Positions 8,339 through 18,618 of a stretch of DNA of 40,425 nucleotides are shown in pieces. Under the pieces are notes generated by a model, which was given only the letters and a program-made list of their open reading frames with translations, ran no database searches and was not told where the DNA came from. The translations under genes were made by a program, and so were the position numbers. Where the stretch lies: positions 608,809 to 649,233 of the forward strand of contig JBEKNE010000001.1 of the NCBI GenBank assembly GCA_049523135.1, read 5' to 3'. Source of the stretch: Candidatus Microgenomates bacterium (GTDB lineage: Bacteria > Patescibacteriota > Microgenomatia > UBA8517). Positions within the stretch are counted from its first letter, which is position 1; the number at the start of each line of letters is the position of its first letter.

Positions 8339-9160
8339 TTATTTACTTTCAATTAACTCTTTAAAATAGTCTCCCGTTATTTGGGGTTTAATTCCGGAGC
8401 TTATGTATTTTTTGATCTTATCCTTAAACGTAAAGTTGTCTACAACATATATATTCATGTGTTCTTCATTACCAGAATCTCTATCATGATGATGAAATGT
8501 ATATTCAACACAAATTCTCTCACCCGAGTCTAGTTTCACTAACCGGAGAGTGTAAGTTTCCATCCCATGATCGAAGATGATTTCATCCTGATATCCTCTT
8601 GTTAAGACGTCTCGAACATCGATAAATCTTACACGACGAAAATCTGCAAACCTAGTATGAAAAGGGTCTTTTCTAAAATCTTCAAGAGTTGGGTAACCAC
8701 GATCCCCAATCTCTCTCCAGAATTCATCTTGATTAATCTTATTTCCGGACCAATCTAGCAAGTCCTGACCATCTAAAAAATCAGAAATATTTTTTGTTGC
8801 CGATTTCGTCCAATCGAGTGTTTCCTGAGATGAAAATTCTTTTGAACCATCATATGCGCCAACAATTGGAATATTAGCATCTGACAATTTATTTAATTGG
8901 TTGGTTGTGTAATTTAAAGCATTATCTGTTCGAAATATCGGCCCGTTTATTAAAATCCAACCTTTGTTACGAAGAACCTCTGTTGAAGGAAGTTCTGATG
9001 ATTGATTCCCCATAATCCAATCGGCTACTTCTTTATGTTGATCTTTATTTGCCTTAAAAAACTCACCAGATGGAGATAACCACCCATCACTTCCTGGCAC
9101 AATGTGATCAGTTTTTGGAAATCTTTCTGGTTGTTGGGCTTTTTCAATAACTTTATCCAT
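8339..9160 (-). CDS. Hypothetical protein
   Basis: 273-aa ORF with TATAAT upstream; N-terminal GWLSPSGEF..H..GWI; no family recognised. Confidence 0.7.
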   Translation of the reverse strand: MDKVIEKAQQPERFPKTDHIVPGSDGWLSPSGEFFKANKDQHKEVADWIMGNQSSELPSTEVLRNKGWILINGPIFRTDNALNYTTNQLNKLSDANIPIVGAYDGSKEFSSQETLDWTKSATKNISDFLDGQDLLDWSGNKINQDEFWREIGDRGYPTLEDFRKDPFHTRFADFRRVRFIDVRDVLTRGYQDEIIFDHGMETYTLRLVKLDSGERICVEYTFHHHDRDSGNEEHMNIYVVDNFTFKDKIKKYISSGIKPQITGDYFKELIESK

Positions 9161-9191
9161 TTTTATTTCTGGTTAATTATAACTCAAAACA

Positions 9192-9320
9192 TCAGGAACT
9201 AGTTTTGATAATTTGCCCCAATTCATTCCTTTCAATGATTAAACGCTCTTTATTAGCCTTGGGAAGAACTACCTTGAAGTAAAAATCAAATTGTGGGACA
9301 GTGAAAAGACTATCCCGCAT
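9192..9320 (-). pseudogene. 42-aa orphan ORF, homologous to the fragment at 11767-11922
   Basis: MRDSLFTVPQFDFYFKVVLPKANKERLIIERNELGQIIKTSS*; below the ORF-track size cut-off. Confidence 0.5.
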
Positions 9321-9594
9321 GAGAGCTGTGACATGGCTTGATTTTAGCACCCAAACATTCAAATAAACAGTTACTTTATATCTCCTATTTTGGTACCTTA
9401 ATAAAAATAAACAACCCCACTATTGTCATCGCCTGCTAGGACATACATTAGGTACAAATTTTTACAACAGCTGAAGCTAAATTAGCAAATCTTTGTCCAC
9501 CCTTCTCTATATATGATATAGATAGAATGGATCTCTTTCCTACACTCATGCACAAAATTGTAGTATAATCGCTTTCGTATTCTGCCTTTTTTAA

Positions 9595-10476
9595 TCTACC
9601 CTGTTTACTGCTTCTGCTCATCTTAAAATTACTACGCCATACAAAACACTTTCTGACATTACTGAAAAACAACAAACAATTATTGAACTTGTATATAAGT
9701 TTAGATTTATCAACAGAAAGCAAATACAAGAAATCATGGGTCATAAAGATGCCCATAGAATTAACTCATGGCTTAAAGATTTGGTTGAGAAAAACTACCT
9801 GGGAAGAATTTATTCACATAAACTTCTGGAAAATACGAAGCCCGCAGTTTACCATCTCAATAACAATGGTATTCTCTGGTGCAAAATAAATATGGGGTGG
9901 AAATACCGTAGAGATGATAACCAACTCTCGGTTTCAGAAATAAAAAAATTCTATGAAGATAAACACGCATCAGAAATATTCAGAAACCATTGTGTGAATA
10001 TTTGCGAAATTTATCTTAGGTTTAAGAATTTAAATAGAAACTTTCAATATGAATGTATAACAAAAACTGAACTATGGACAATGCAAAAAGAGGATGAGGA
10101 TTTTCAAGAAAAGAAAAACTGTATTCCTGATTTATTCATTGAAAAGATCGGGAAAAAAGGAAAGTCAATAACTTATTTGCTCAACCTCATAGATCCCCAC
10201 GTTCCACAATATGCACTTGAATACAAAGTAAACAAATATATAAAACTCCATGAAGAGGGAGATTGGAGCAATTATGACACCGATAACAAAAAATTCCCCA
10301 TAATCATATTTATTTTCCCCACACAACAAAAACTCAATCGTTTGGCAAATTTTATACAAGAAAGTTTAGATGAATTCTATATTGAAGAAGTCATATTTAT
10401 TCTAACAACCTATGAAAAAGTAATGAAAGAAGGATTGGGCAACGACAATATTTGGAAAATAATAAGTAAAAGGTAA
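9595..10476 (+). CDS. Replication-relaxation (Replic_Relax)-like protein; true start uncertain
   Basis: Frame is open from 9595 and encodes ITEKQQTIIELVYKFRFINRKQIQ before the first ATG (9736); then wHTH-like LKDLVEKNYL, VYHL, NHCV, IPDLF nuclease-like core. Confidence 0.7.
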   Translation, partial: STLFTASAHLKITTPYKTLSDITEKQQTIIELVYKFRFINRKQIQEIMGHKDAHRINSWLKDLVEKNYLGRIYSHKLLENTKPAVYHLNNNGILWCKINMGWKYRRDDNQLSVSEIKKFYEDKHASEIFRNHCVNICEIYLRFKNLNRNFQYECITKTELWTMQKEDEDFQEKKNCIPDLFIEKIGKKGKSITYLLNLIDPHVPQYALEYKVNKYIKLHEEGDWSNYDTDNKKFPIIIFIFPTQQKLNRLANFIQESLDEFYIEEVIFILTTYEKVMKEGLGNDNIWKIISKR

Positions 10477-10534
10477 ATTTATATCACAGATATTCATTGC
10501 TTCTCAAATAAATCACAGACCATTCCCATCTGAA

Positions 10535-11707
10535 TTAAACCCAGTAATTATCTTTAGAAATAATCACCATCCTTGATTCCGGATAGCGGGATGCAAATGC
10601 CTGGTTAATTCTCTGTGATTTACTTTTAATTTCCACCGCAATAGTATTGTGATTTGGCTTATTTAAAATCAGATCCACTTCCGAACCGCTCTTAGTTCTC
10701 CAGTAATTAAAACTATATCCAAAGCCTCCATAATAATTGTATTTCAAAAGTTCGCTAACGATAAAGTTTTCAAACAACTGACCGGCGTCTCCCCTGTTCT
10801 CAATTGGCTCAAAATTGTTTATCAAAGCATTTCTTAGTCCTGTATCATAAAAGTACACCTTAGGCATCTTTGCAATTTCATCTCTTTTCCTTGATGAATA
10901 GGGTTTAACGGTGAAAATAATAAAGCTTTGCTCGAACAGTTCGATATATCTTTTTACAGTCCTTGCCGAAATGCCCAGCTTGGATGATAATTCGGCATAA
11001 TTTATCAGAGAACCAATTTGATATGCCAGAAGTTTAAGTAACGAAAGAGCCGCAGATTTATTTTCCAAAAGTGATAATTCAACTAAATCTTTGAACACAA
11101 CGCTGTCAATCAGATTGATCAAATAGGCCGAATCACTAGGATGAGATTGCATGGCAGGGTAAAGCCCATATACTAAAATGTTGTTATGTATCGCTTTGTG
11201 ATCATATTGTTTGAAAACTTCTCGAGCTTTTTCTCCATTGGTTAGGGTTTCCATAGGCCCAAATGACAGATCATTATCCAGACCGTTTTGAACCAAATAT
11301 TCACTCAGTGACAGTGGGTAAAGGTGGTAATCGATTTTACGTCCTGCGAGACTCTCCGACGCTTTATTTTTAATATTAAAAGCAGATGACCCTGTAATAA
11401 TAAGTTTATACTCTGGAAGTTGATCAAAAAATATCTTGGCAGCACGTCCGGGATCGTCTAGTTTATGGATCTCGTCAACCACGACAAAGCCGTTATTTGT
11501 ATTCAACAGCTGCCTATAAACTGCCGGATCGTATCGTTCAAGGGCTATTTTTACGGGCTCGTTATCAACCGTTAAATAAAGTGCATTAGGAAAAATCCTT
11601 TTAAGAATCGTAGTTTTACCAACCTGACGTGCTCCCAACAGGACTAAAACCTCCCTATATTTAGCAAAATGACTATTTAGAGCTTGGTCAAGATGCCTGA
11701 TTAACAT
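10535..11707 (-). CDS. AAA_14 ATPase with DUF4143 and PD-(D/E)XK tail
   Basis: GARQVGKT, VVDEIH, ITGSS, ESLAGR, KVYFYDTGL, GQLFEN, EVDLI..AVEIK. Confidence 0.92.
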   Translation of the reverse strand: MLIRHLDQALNSHFAKYREVLVLLGARQVGKTTILKRIFPNALYLTVDNEPVKIALERYDPAVYRQLLNTNNGFVVVDEIHKLDDPGRAAKIFFDQLPEYKLIITGSSAFNIKNKASESLAGRKIDYHLYPLSLSEYLVQNGLDNDLSFGPMETLTNGEKAREVFKQYDHKAIHNNILVYGLYPAMQSHPSDSAYLINLIDSVVFKDLVELSLLENKSAALSLLKLLAYQIGSLINYAELSSKLGISARTVKRYIELFEQSFIIFTVKPYSSRKRDEIAKMPKVYFYDTGLRNALINNFEPIENRGDAGQLFENFIVSELLKYNYYGGFGYSFNYWRTKSGSEVDLILNKPNHNTIAVEIKSKSQRINQAFASRYPESRMVIISKDNYWV

Positions 11708-11716
11708 AGCAGATAC

Positions 11717-11745
11717 ATAATAGTCTATACTTTTATGTATGTCAA
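11717..11745 (-). promoter_or_regulatory. Sigma70 promoter of the AAA ATPase
   Basis: TTGACA, 17 nt, TATTAT; 9 nt before ATG. Confidence 0.7.
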
Positions 11746-11766
11746 GTACCGTTTAGTCAATACGAT

Positions 11767-11922
11767 TTACAAATAGTTGTGCTTTTCGTAAAGCATAATT
11801 TTCACCCCATTCACTCCTAATTCATCAGGGCCAAGAACCGAACTAACAATCTTCCCCAACTCGTCTCTTTCGACAATTAATCTAAAAGTTCTTGGTGGAG
11901 GTAAAGGTATTACAAGTTCAAA
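11767..11922 (-). pseudogene. Headless coding fragment homologous to 9192-9320
   Basis: FELVIPLPPPRTFRLIVERDELGKIVSS...; begins under the stop codon of the deacetylase gene. Confidence 0.5.
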
Positions 11923-12919
11923 AAGACAGCTTTTGAGCCGGAATAATTGCTTCGGAAAGAGTAGCCAACACAAGACCGCGTCCTACCAGATTTGTAACAA
12001 TTTGTCCCATATCCGCCACATCATAAGGCCGCATCATATGACAAAGAAGAAGTCCCCCGGGTTTGGCTTCATCTAGAACTCGGTTAAGTGTTGCTTTATC
12101 CATTCCGCCGCTCTCGCAATTCCATAATGCATGTTGCATTCCGTACTTGGCACCGACTTTAAGAACTTCATCATCATAAGCTCCTCCCAGTGCTCTAAAA
12201 AAAGCTGGCTGATAATTCGGAATAATCGAATCCATCGCCTCCAACCACAACGAGAATTCTTTATCAAGCTGAGAAGGCTTCATTGCCGTTAACGGAGTAT
12301 CGCCATGGGTAAAAGTGTGACAACCAATTTCGTGACCCTCATCAACAATTCTTTTGATTAAGTCTGTGTTCTGCCAACCACGAGCTTCCCCTTTAGCCAG
12401 CCATGCCAGATTATGACCAATCGGAAAAAAGGTCGCTCTTGCCCTTCCTTTTAAAGCATCAAGAATTGTTTTTAATTGATCCGGGGTAATAGGAAAGTCG
12501 TCAATTGTAATCGCAAACATATTCCGACTTGCGTCAACAGAATTGATTGGATGTTGAATCAAGAAGTTCTGTTGTTCAACCGTTAATTTTAGTCTATCCA
12601 CTATTGGTGAAGTTTTCGTTTCGGTAGCTGTTGCAGTTTGTGTTGCGGTTGCGGTGTCTGTTGGTTCTTGAGTTGCAGTCGCAGTTGAGACTTTCGTTAA
12701 GGTTGCTCCTGGTGTAGCTGTTCTGGGAACGAGTCCAACTTTTCCACAGGCGTCAAGAAATGCTAAGCTTCCCAATCCCAGAGCTGCAGCTCTCACTAAA
12801 TCCCCAAATTCCCTTCTGCTCATAGGGGCATTATTGAGAACTTTATCAATAACTCCCGAGGGGATACCGACTTCAACCCGGGGTGCTGGTTGTTCACGGT
12901 CTTTCATTGTATCGGTCAT
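11918..12919 (-). CDS. Polysaccharide deacetylase (NodB/CE4), putative lipoprotein
   Basis: ITIDDFP, ATFF, HEIGCHTFTH, FFRALGG, LLCH; SRREF plus hydrophobic stretch plus LDAC; Thr/Ala-rich linker; TTGCAC-17-TATTAT promoter at 12931-12959. Confidence 0.88.
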   Translation of the reverse strand: MTDTMKDREQPAPRVEVGIPSGVIDKVLNNAPMSRREFGDLVRAAALGLGSLAFLDACGKVGLVPRTATPGATLTKVSTATATQEPTDTATATQTATATETKTSPIVDRLKLTVEQQNFLIQHPINSVDASRNMFAITIDDFPITPDQLKTILDALKGRARATFFPIGHNLAWLAKGEARGWQNTDLIKRIVDEGHEIGCHTFTHGDTPLTAMKPSQLDKEFSLWLEAMDSIIPNYQPAFFRALGGAYDDEVLKVGAKYGMQHALWNCESGGMDKATLNRVLDEAKPGGLLLCHMMRPYDVADMGQIVTNLVGRGLVLATLSEAIIPAQKLSF

Positions 12920-13026
12920 ATTCTACCTTGATAATACAAATTACAGATTTAGAGTGCAAGAAGAGCAAACAATCCTTTGGGAAAAGTTGAGTCCCGCTTT
13001 AAAAGAGGGTTATATCGAATTGAAGT

Positions 13027-13407
13027 CTAGGCGGATTGGGAAGATTTTAAACAATTCATTACCAATTTCATAACTTCGTCCTTGGTAGTATTTGCTTTTA
13101 CAATGTAATTACAAACACCAATTTCTTTGGCAACTTTTTCTTCCGAGTCCAGATTGGTTGAGATAACCACCGGAATTTTTTGTGTAGCGGGATTTCTCTT
13201 GAGCTCTTCCAATACGTCAAACCCATTTTTCCCACCAGGTAACATAATGTCAAGAATAATTAGATCGGGTTTCTCGGATTTAACAAGTGTCAAGCCTTCT
13301 TGCGCAGTAGTAGCCCCTATAACACTAATCTCTTCCGGTTTAAACATTTCTTTATAAGCTTTGACAAGCGCTATATCGTCCTCAATTACAAGAATTTTTT
13401 TTGTCAT
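13027..13407 (-). CDS. Stand-alone response regulator receiver
   Basis: KILVIEDD, DLIILDIMLP, STN, YIVK; ATG 13407 directly follows the upstream stop. Confidence 0.9.
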   Translation of the reverse strand: MTKKILVIEDDIALVKAYKEMFKPEEISVIGATTAQEGLTLVKSEKPDLIILDIMLPGGKNGFDVLEELKRNPATQKIPVVISTNLDSEEKVAKEIGVCNYIVKANTTKDEVMKLVMNCLKSSQSA

Positions 13408-13408
13408 G

Positions 13409-13813
13409 TCAGCTAATTTGAGCTTGTACTTCCGCAGGTGGTACAAGTACTTCTTTTACTTTTATCACCAAATCCTCAAGTTTCCAATCGGCCTTTACCA
13501 GATAGTAGGATGGCTCAAGGACGGTTACATCGTTAATAATTTGATCGCTGTCACTATTTAGGTTTGTTAAAATAATCACTTTGACGGCTTTACCCCATTC
13601 ATTTTCTGTTCTTAACTTCCTGAACATTGTCATCCCGTCCATAACCGGCATAATAATATCCAAAAGAATGAGGTCTGGGTGATCAGCAAGTGCGAGGTCT
13701 AAACCTTCTTGGCCGTTTTTGGCACTTATAACCGCAAAGCCTTCTTGCGTGAGTTTATGAACCAAAACACCCTGCAAGGCTACGTCATCTTCAACAATAA
13801 GTATTTTCTTCAT
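13409..13813 (-). CDS. Stand-alone response regulator receiver
   Basis: KILIVEDD, DLILLDIIMPVMDG, LTN, YLVK. Confidence 0.92.
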   Translation of the reverse strand: MKKILIVEDDVALQGVLVHKLTQEGFAVISAKNGQEGLDLALADHPDLILLDIIMPVMDGMTMFRKLRTENEWGKAVKVIILTNLNSDSDQIINDVTVLEPSYYLVKADWKLEDLVIKVKEVLVPPAEVQAQIS

Positions 13814-14193
13814 ATTACCATCCCTAGCCCTTCTTTGACCTTCTTAACCACATCCTTAAGCTCCCAATCGGACTTTATTAAATAATCATACACCCCCTGG
13901 AGACGCGACGTCGCTTTTTCTACTTCGGACAGGTTTGTCAACACAATCACTTTGGCATCCTTACCCCACGAGTCTTTTCTTAAGTTCGCAAGCATGGTCG
14001 TGCCGTCCATAACCGGCATGATCAGATCCAGAAGAATAATGTCGGGGTGATTGGAAAGGGCGACGCTTAAACCCTCCTTACCGTTTTTGGCACCCAAAAC
14101 CACGAAACCTTCACGGGTAAACTTATCAACTAGTGCAGATAGTAGGGTTCGTTCATCGTCAACGATTAAAATTGTTTTTGGTTCTTCTGGCAT
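13810..14193 (-). CDS. Stand-alone response regulator receiver
   Basis: ILIVDDE, DIILLDLIMPVMDG, LTN, YLIK. Confidence 0.92.
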   Translation of the reverse strand: MPEEPKTILIVDDERTLLSALVDKFTREGFVVLGAKNGKEGLSVALSNHPDIILLDLIMPVMDGTTMLANLRKDSWGKDAKVIVLTNLSEVEKATSRLQGVYDYLIKSDWELKDVVKKVKEGLGMVI

Positions 14194-14195
14194 AA

Positions 14196-16100
<1,905 letters not shown>

Positions 16101-16104
16101 AGAG

Positions 16105-16596
16105 TTATTTTTTCTTTAATCTCTCGATTTCTTTTTTAAGCTCGATCATTTTTAATTCTCTCCCCACCATATTTCTATTTGCAACCTGTAGTTCTTCAAC
16201 TCGATCGTCAAGTTCTTTTCTATAAGTAATATCATCTATGGCTAGAATAATCAGCTGTACCGTATCTACTTGCTTGGCATTGAGAAGCATTGTTTTTTCA
16301 CCAATTGATTCAAAAGTATGCTCAACCTCATAATCTAGAACAATTTTCTTCTCCGGCAAAATATCTTTCAGCAATTTTCTCAATTCAACGATATTCCACT
16401 GACCATTGCCTAAGTCAAAAAGAAATTTCCCCTCCGTTTCCTCCTTTGAAACTTGAAAGTTCTTGTAGAAAGTCGGGTTTGCCGAAACTACTTTAAGATC
16501 AGCGTCAAGAATTAAGAATGGTTCATGAGCTACATCTATCAGGGATGACATATAATGTACGGCACTCTCTCGAGAATCACTATTATCATTCTTCAT
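16105..16596 (-). CDS. Stand-alone PAS protein with C-terminal coiled coil
   Basis: EPFLILD..SANPTFY..F..LGNGQW..DIT; MVGRELKMIELKKEI tail; RBS AAAGGTGGTGA. Confidence 0.85.
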   Translation of the reverse strand: MKNDNSDSRESAVHYMSSLIDVAHEPFLILDADLKVVSANPTFYKNFQVSKEETEGKFLFDLGNGQWNIVELRKLLKDILPEKKIVLDYEVEHTFESIGEKTMLLNAKQVDTVQLIILAIDDITYRKELDDRVEELQVANRNMVGRELKMIELKKEIERLKKK

Positions 16597-16688
16597 AATT
16601 TTTCACCACCTTTCTATTTATCTTATCACCAACCACTGAAGCCCCGCCACTCGACTTTAAAGTTATTGATAAAAATTCGCAACAAAAC

Positions 16689-16730
16689 AAAAAAGGCTAC
16701 TTAAGCAGGGGCTGTTGATGGCTTAGCCTT
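16689..16730 (-). terminator. Probable terminator after the YtxH-like gene
   Basis: Minus strand AAGGCTA...TAGCCTT followed by a T-run. Confidence 0.5.
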
Positions 16731-16757
16731 ACTTGAAGGAGAAGGAGTCTGATAGGT

Positions 16758-17015
16758 TTATTTTTTCAGATCCTCTTTAACTTCTTCAACTTTCTTTTCT
16801 CCCTGAGTAGTAACTTCCTCTGCTTTACCTTTGACACCGGAAGCCATATCTTCCACTTTACCTTTTACTTCATTATAAATTTTTTTGCCTTCCTTTTTTA
16901 CTGCCTCACGGTTTTTCTCTTCAGAAAGGATAACAGCGGCGGCTCCGACTGCGGCACCTGCAACTGCACCAATTGCTCCGGCCTCAACCGGATTCATCCT
17001 TTTATTATTCGCCAT
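16758..17015 (-). CDS. YtxH-like small protein
   Basis: G/A-rich helix GAIGAVAGAAVGAAA then a Lys/Glu-rich helix; AAGGAGGTGA 5 nt before ATG 17015. Confidence 0.7.
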   Translation of the reverse strand: MANNKRMNPVEAGAIGAVAGAAVGAAAVILSEEKNREAVKKEGKKIYNEVKGKVEDMASGVKGKAEEVTTQGEKKVEEVKEDLKK

Positions 17016-17241
17016 CTTTATCACCTCCTTTTTTTACAAACATATCCTTCAAATATATAATTCCGCTTTTTAAAAAGTTCTTGAGTTCTTCAGCATCAGA
17101 GGCCACATCATCCACTTTAATAAGAATTGAGTTTAACCTTTTTAGAGTTTTTGAAAGAGAAAATGCGGCATAGCTTAAAAATCCTACCAATATTAAAAAT
17201 CCGATTCCTAAAGAATAATAGAGAAAATTTAATGAAAGCAT
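17005..17241 (-). CDS. DUF948/YtxG-like single-TM protein
   Basis: N-terminal TM then coiled coil (LSKTLKRLNSILIKVDDV); overlaps the YtxH-like gene. Confidence 0.6.
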   Translation of the reverse strand: MLSLNFLYYSLGIGFLILVGFLSYAAFSLSKTLKRLNSILIKVDDVASDAEELKNFLKSGIIYLKDMFVKKGGDKDGE

Positions 17242-17280
17242 ATTTTATAATATCATATTATTGGGATTCAAAATAGTAAC

Positions 17281-18330
17281 TTAATTATCAACGTCCGCAA
17301 AAACAACCAGTCTTTTATTATAACTTTCTTTAGTCCCGTCCCAAACGCCGTCGCAAGTAATAAGATTAAGATAATTGCCGTCATTTCGGCTAAAAACTTC
17401 ATCTGCGTAACCGACATCATATTCACGGCTTCCCTGAACAGTAAAGGAAGTAGTATTTCCGTTTCCATCTAGCACATATAATTTGTCACCTTTTTTTAAC
17501 TGATTCAAATTAGCAAAAACCGCAGCCTCTCCATTTACCCCATCTAAATGTCCGGCAATAACAGCACTCCCCTTTTCCCCGGGACGCGGTCCAAAGTCAA
17601 ACCAACCAACATCTGCTGTATCCACCGGAACTCCCATTATTCCAATTGGAGTGACGCCAACATATTCGACCGCCGCATTGACATTAATACTCGGAATTAT
17701 CAGACGTACAGGAAAACCCCGAACATTATTTTGGGTACTAGCAGCCAAAACTTGGGCAGTCGCCTTCGGATTTTGGATCGGACTAAATGACTGTCGTTGG
17801 GTAGCAAAAAAAATCAGTAGAAGAGAGAGTGTTGCCAAAGCCAAACCCGTGGGTTGCCTTCTGGGAACGAATACGGGGATATCTTCAATAAAATCAACAA
17901 TTTTTAATCTGAAACTCCTTCTTTGATTTTGCGAAAATCTACTCTCAATTTCTTTTATATCGGGAGTTCCAAAAACGAATTTAGACAAACTCTCATAGAG
18001 AGTTCCTTTTGGTAGTTGTCTTAAATATTTTGCGTATTCCGCAAAATACTGACCGAGCCGTCTGTTCATTTCAGCTGTGGTATCTTTTTGTTTTTGAAGT
18101 TCTTCTTCCTGCTGACTTAATGAAAGCAAGGTAAAATTCCTGTCATATTTTCCTTCCGGTTCGGCAAAAACAACAGCCCTAACAACATCAGAGACTTTTG
18201 CATCGTCAAATTTTTCAGAGATTATCTGAAGAGCCCGCGGAGAATATGGATTAGGGGCCAATTTCCAATACAACTCTGGTTCGGTGGCTATTTTCCAAGA
18301 CAGAACCGATACCGTATTCTGTTTATCCAT
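17281..18330 (-). CDS. Class F sortase with a long unknown N-terminal domain
   Basis: PVRLIIPSINV, VGWF, PGEKGSAVIAGHLD, LKKGD, LNLITCDG, RLVVFA (His-Cys-Arg triad); TM near residues 162-177. Confidence 0.9.
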   Translation of the reverse strand: MDKQNTVSVLSWKIATEPELYWKLAPNPYSPRALQIISEKFDDAKVSDVVRAVVFAEPEGKYDRNFTLLSLSQQEEELQKQKDTTAEMNRRLGQYFAEYAKYLRQLPKGTLYESLSKFVFGTPDIKEIESRFSQNQRRSFRLKIVDFIEDIPVFVPRRQPTGLALATLSLLLIFFATQRQSFSPIQNPKATAQVLAASTQNNVRGFPVRLIIPSINVNAAVEYVGVTPIGIMGVPVDTADVGWFDFGPRPGEKGSAVIAGHLDGVNGEAAVFANLNQLKKGDKLYVLDGNGNTTSFTVQGSREYDVGYADEVFSRNDGNYLNLITCDGVWDGTKESYNKRLVVFADVDN

Positions 18331-18573
18331 TTATCTATAAATAAGCCTTCCCAAAATAATAAGGATTACAGCCCCTATTACCGCAACAACCAAACTATAA
18401 AAATTAAAACCATTTACTCCCGATTGTCCGAAAAAGCTTAAAATGAATCCACCAACAAATGCACCAATAATACCCAAAAAGATATCCCCAACTATTCCGT
18501 GCTTACTTTTAGTAAGAAGACCGGCGATCCACCCTGCCAATACACCCAATACTAACCATATAAGTATATTCAT
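18331..18573 (-). CDS. GlsB/YeaQ/YmgE family stress membrane protein
   Basis: LGVLAGWIA, DIFLGIIGAFVGG, VAVIGAVILI; RBS AAAGGGGGTGA. Confidence 0.92.
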   Translation of the reverse strand: MNILIWLVLGVLAGWIAGLLTKSKHGIVGDIFLGIIGAFVGGFILSFFGQSGVNGFNFYSLVVAVIGAVILIILGRLIYR

Positions 18574-18618
18574 ACATTCTCACCCCCTTTTAAGAAATAT
18601 TTTGCTTTCCATTTTGCG

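Noticed and set aside
9448-9756. Minus-strand 102-aa ORF, or a duplicated ychF 5' att-like sequence
   Set aside because: Antisense to Replic_Relax; similarity to the ychF start is only GTAGGAAA, too short to support
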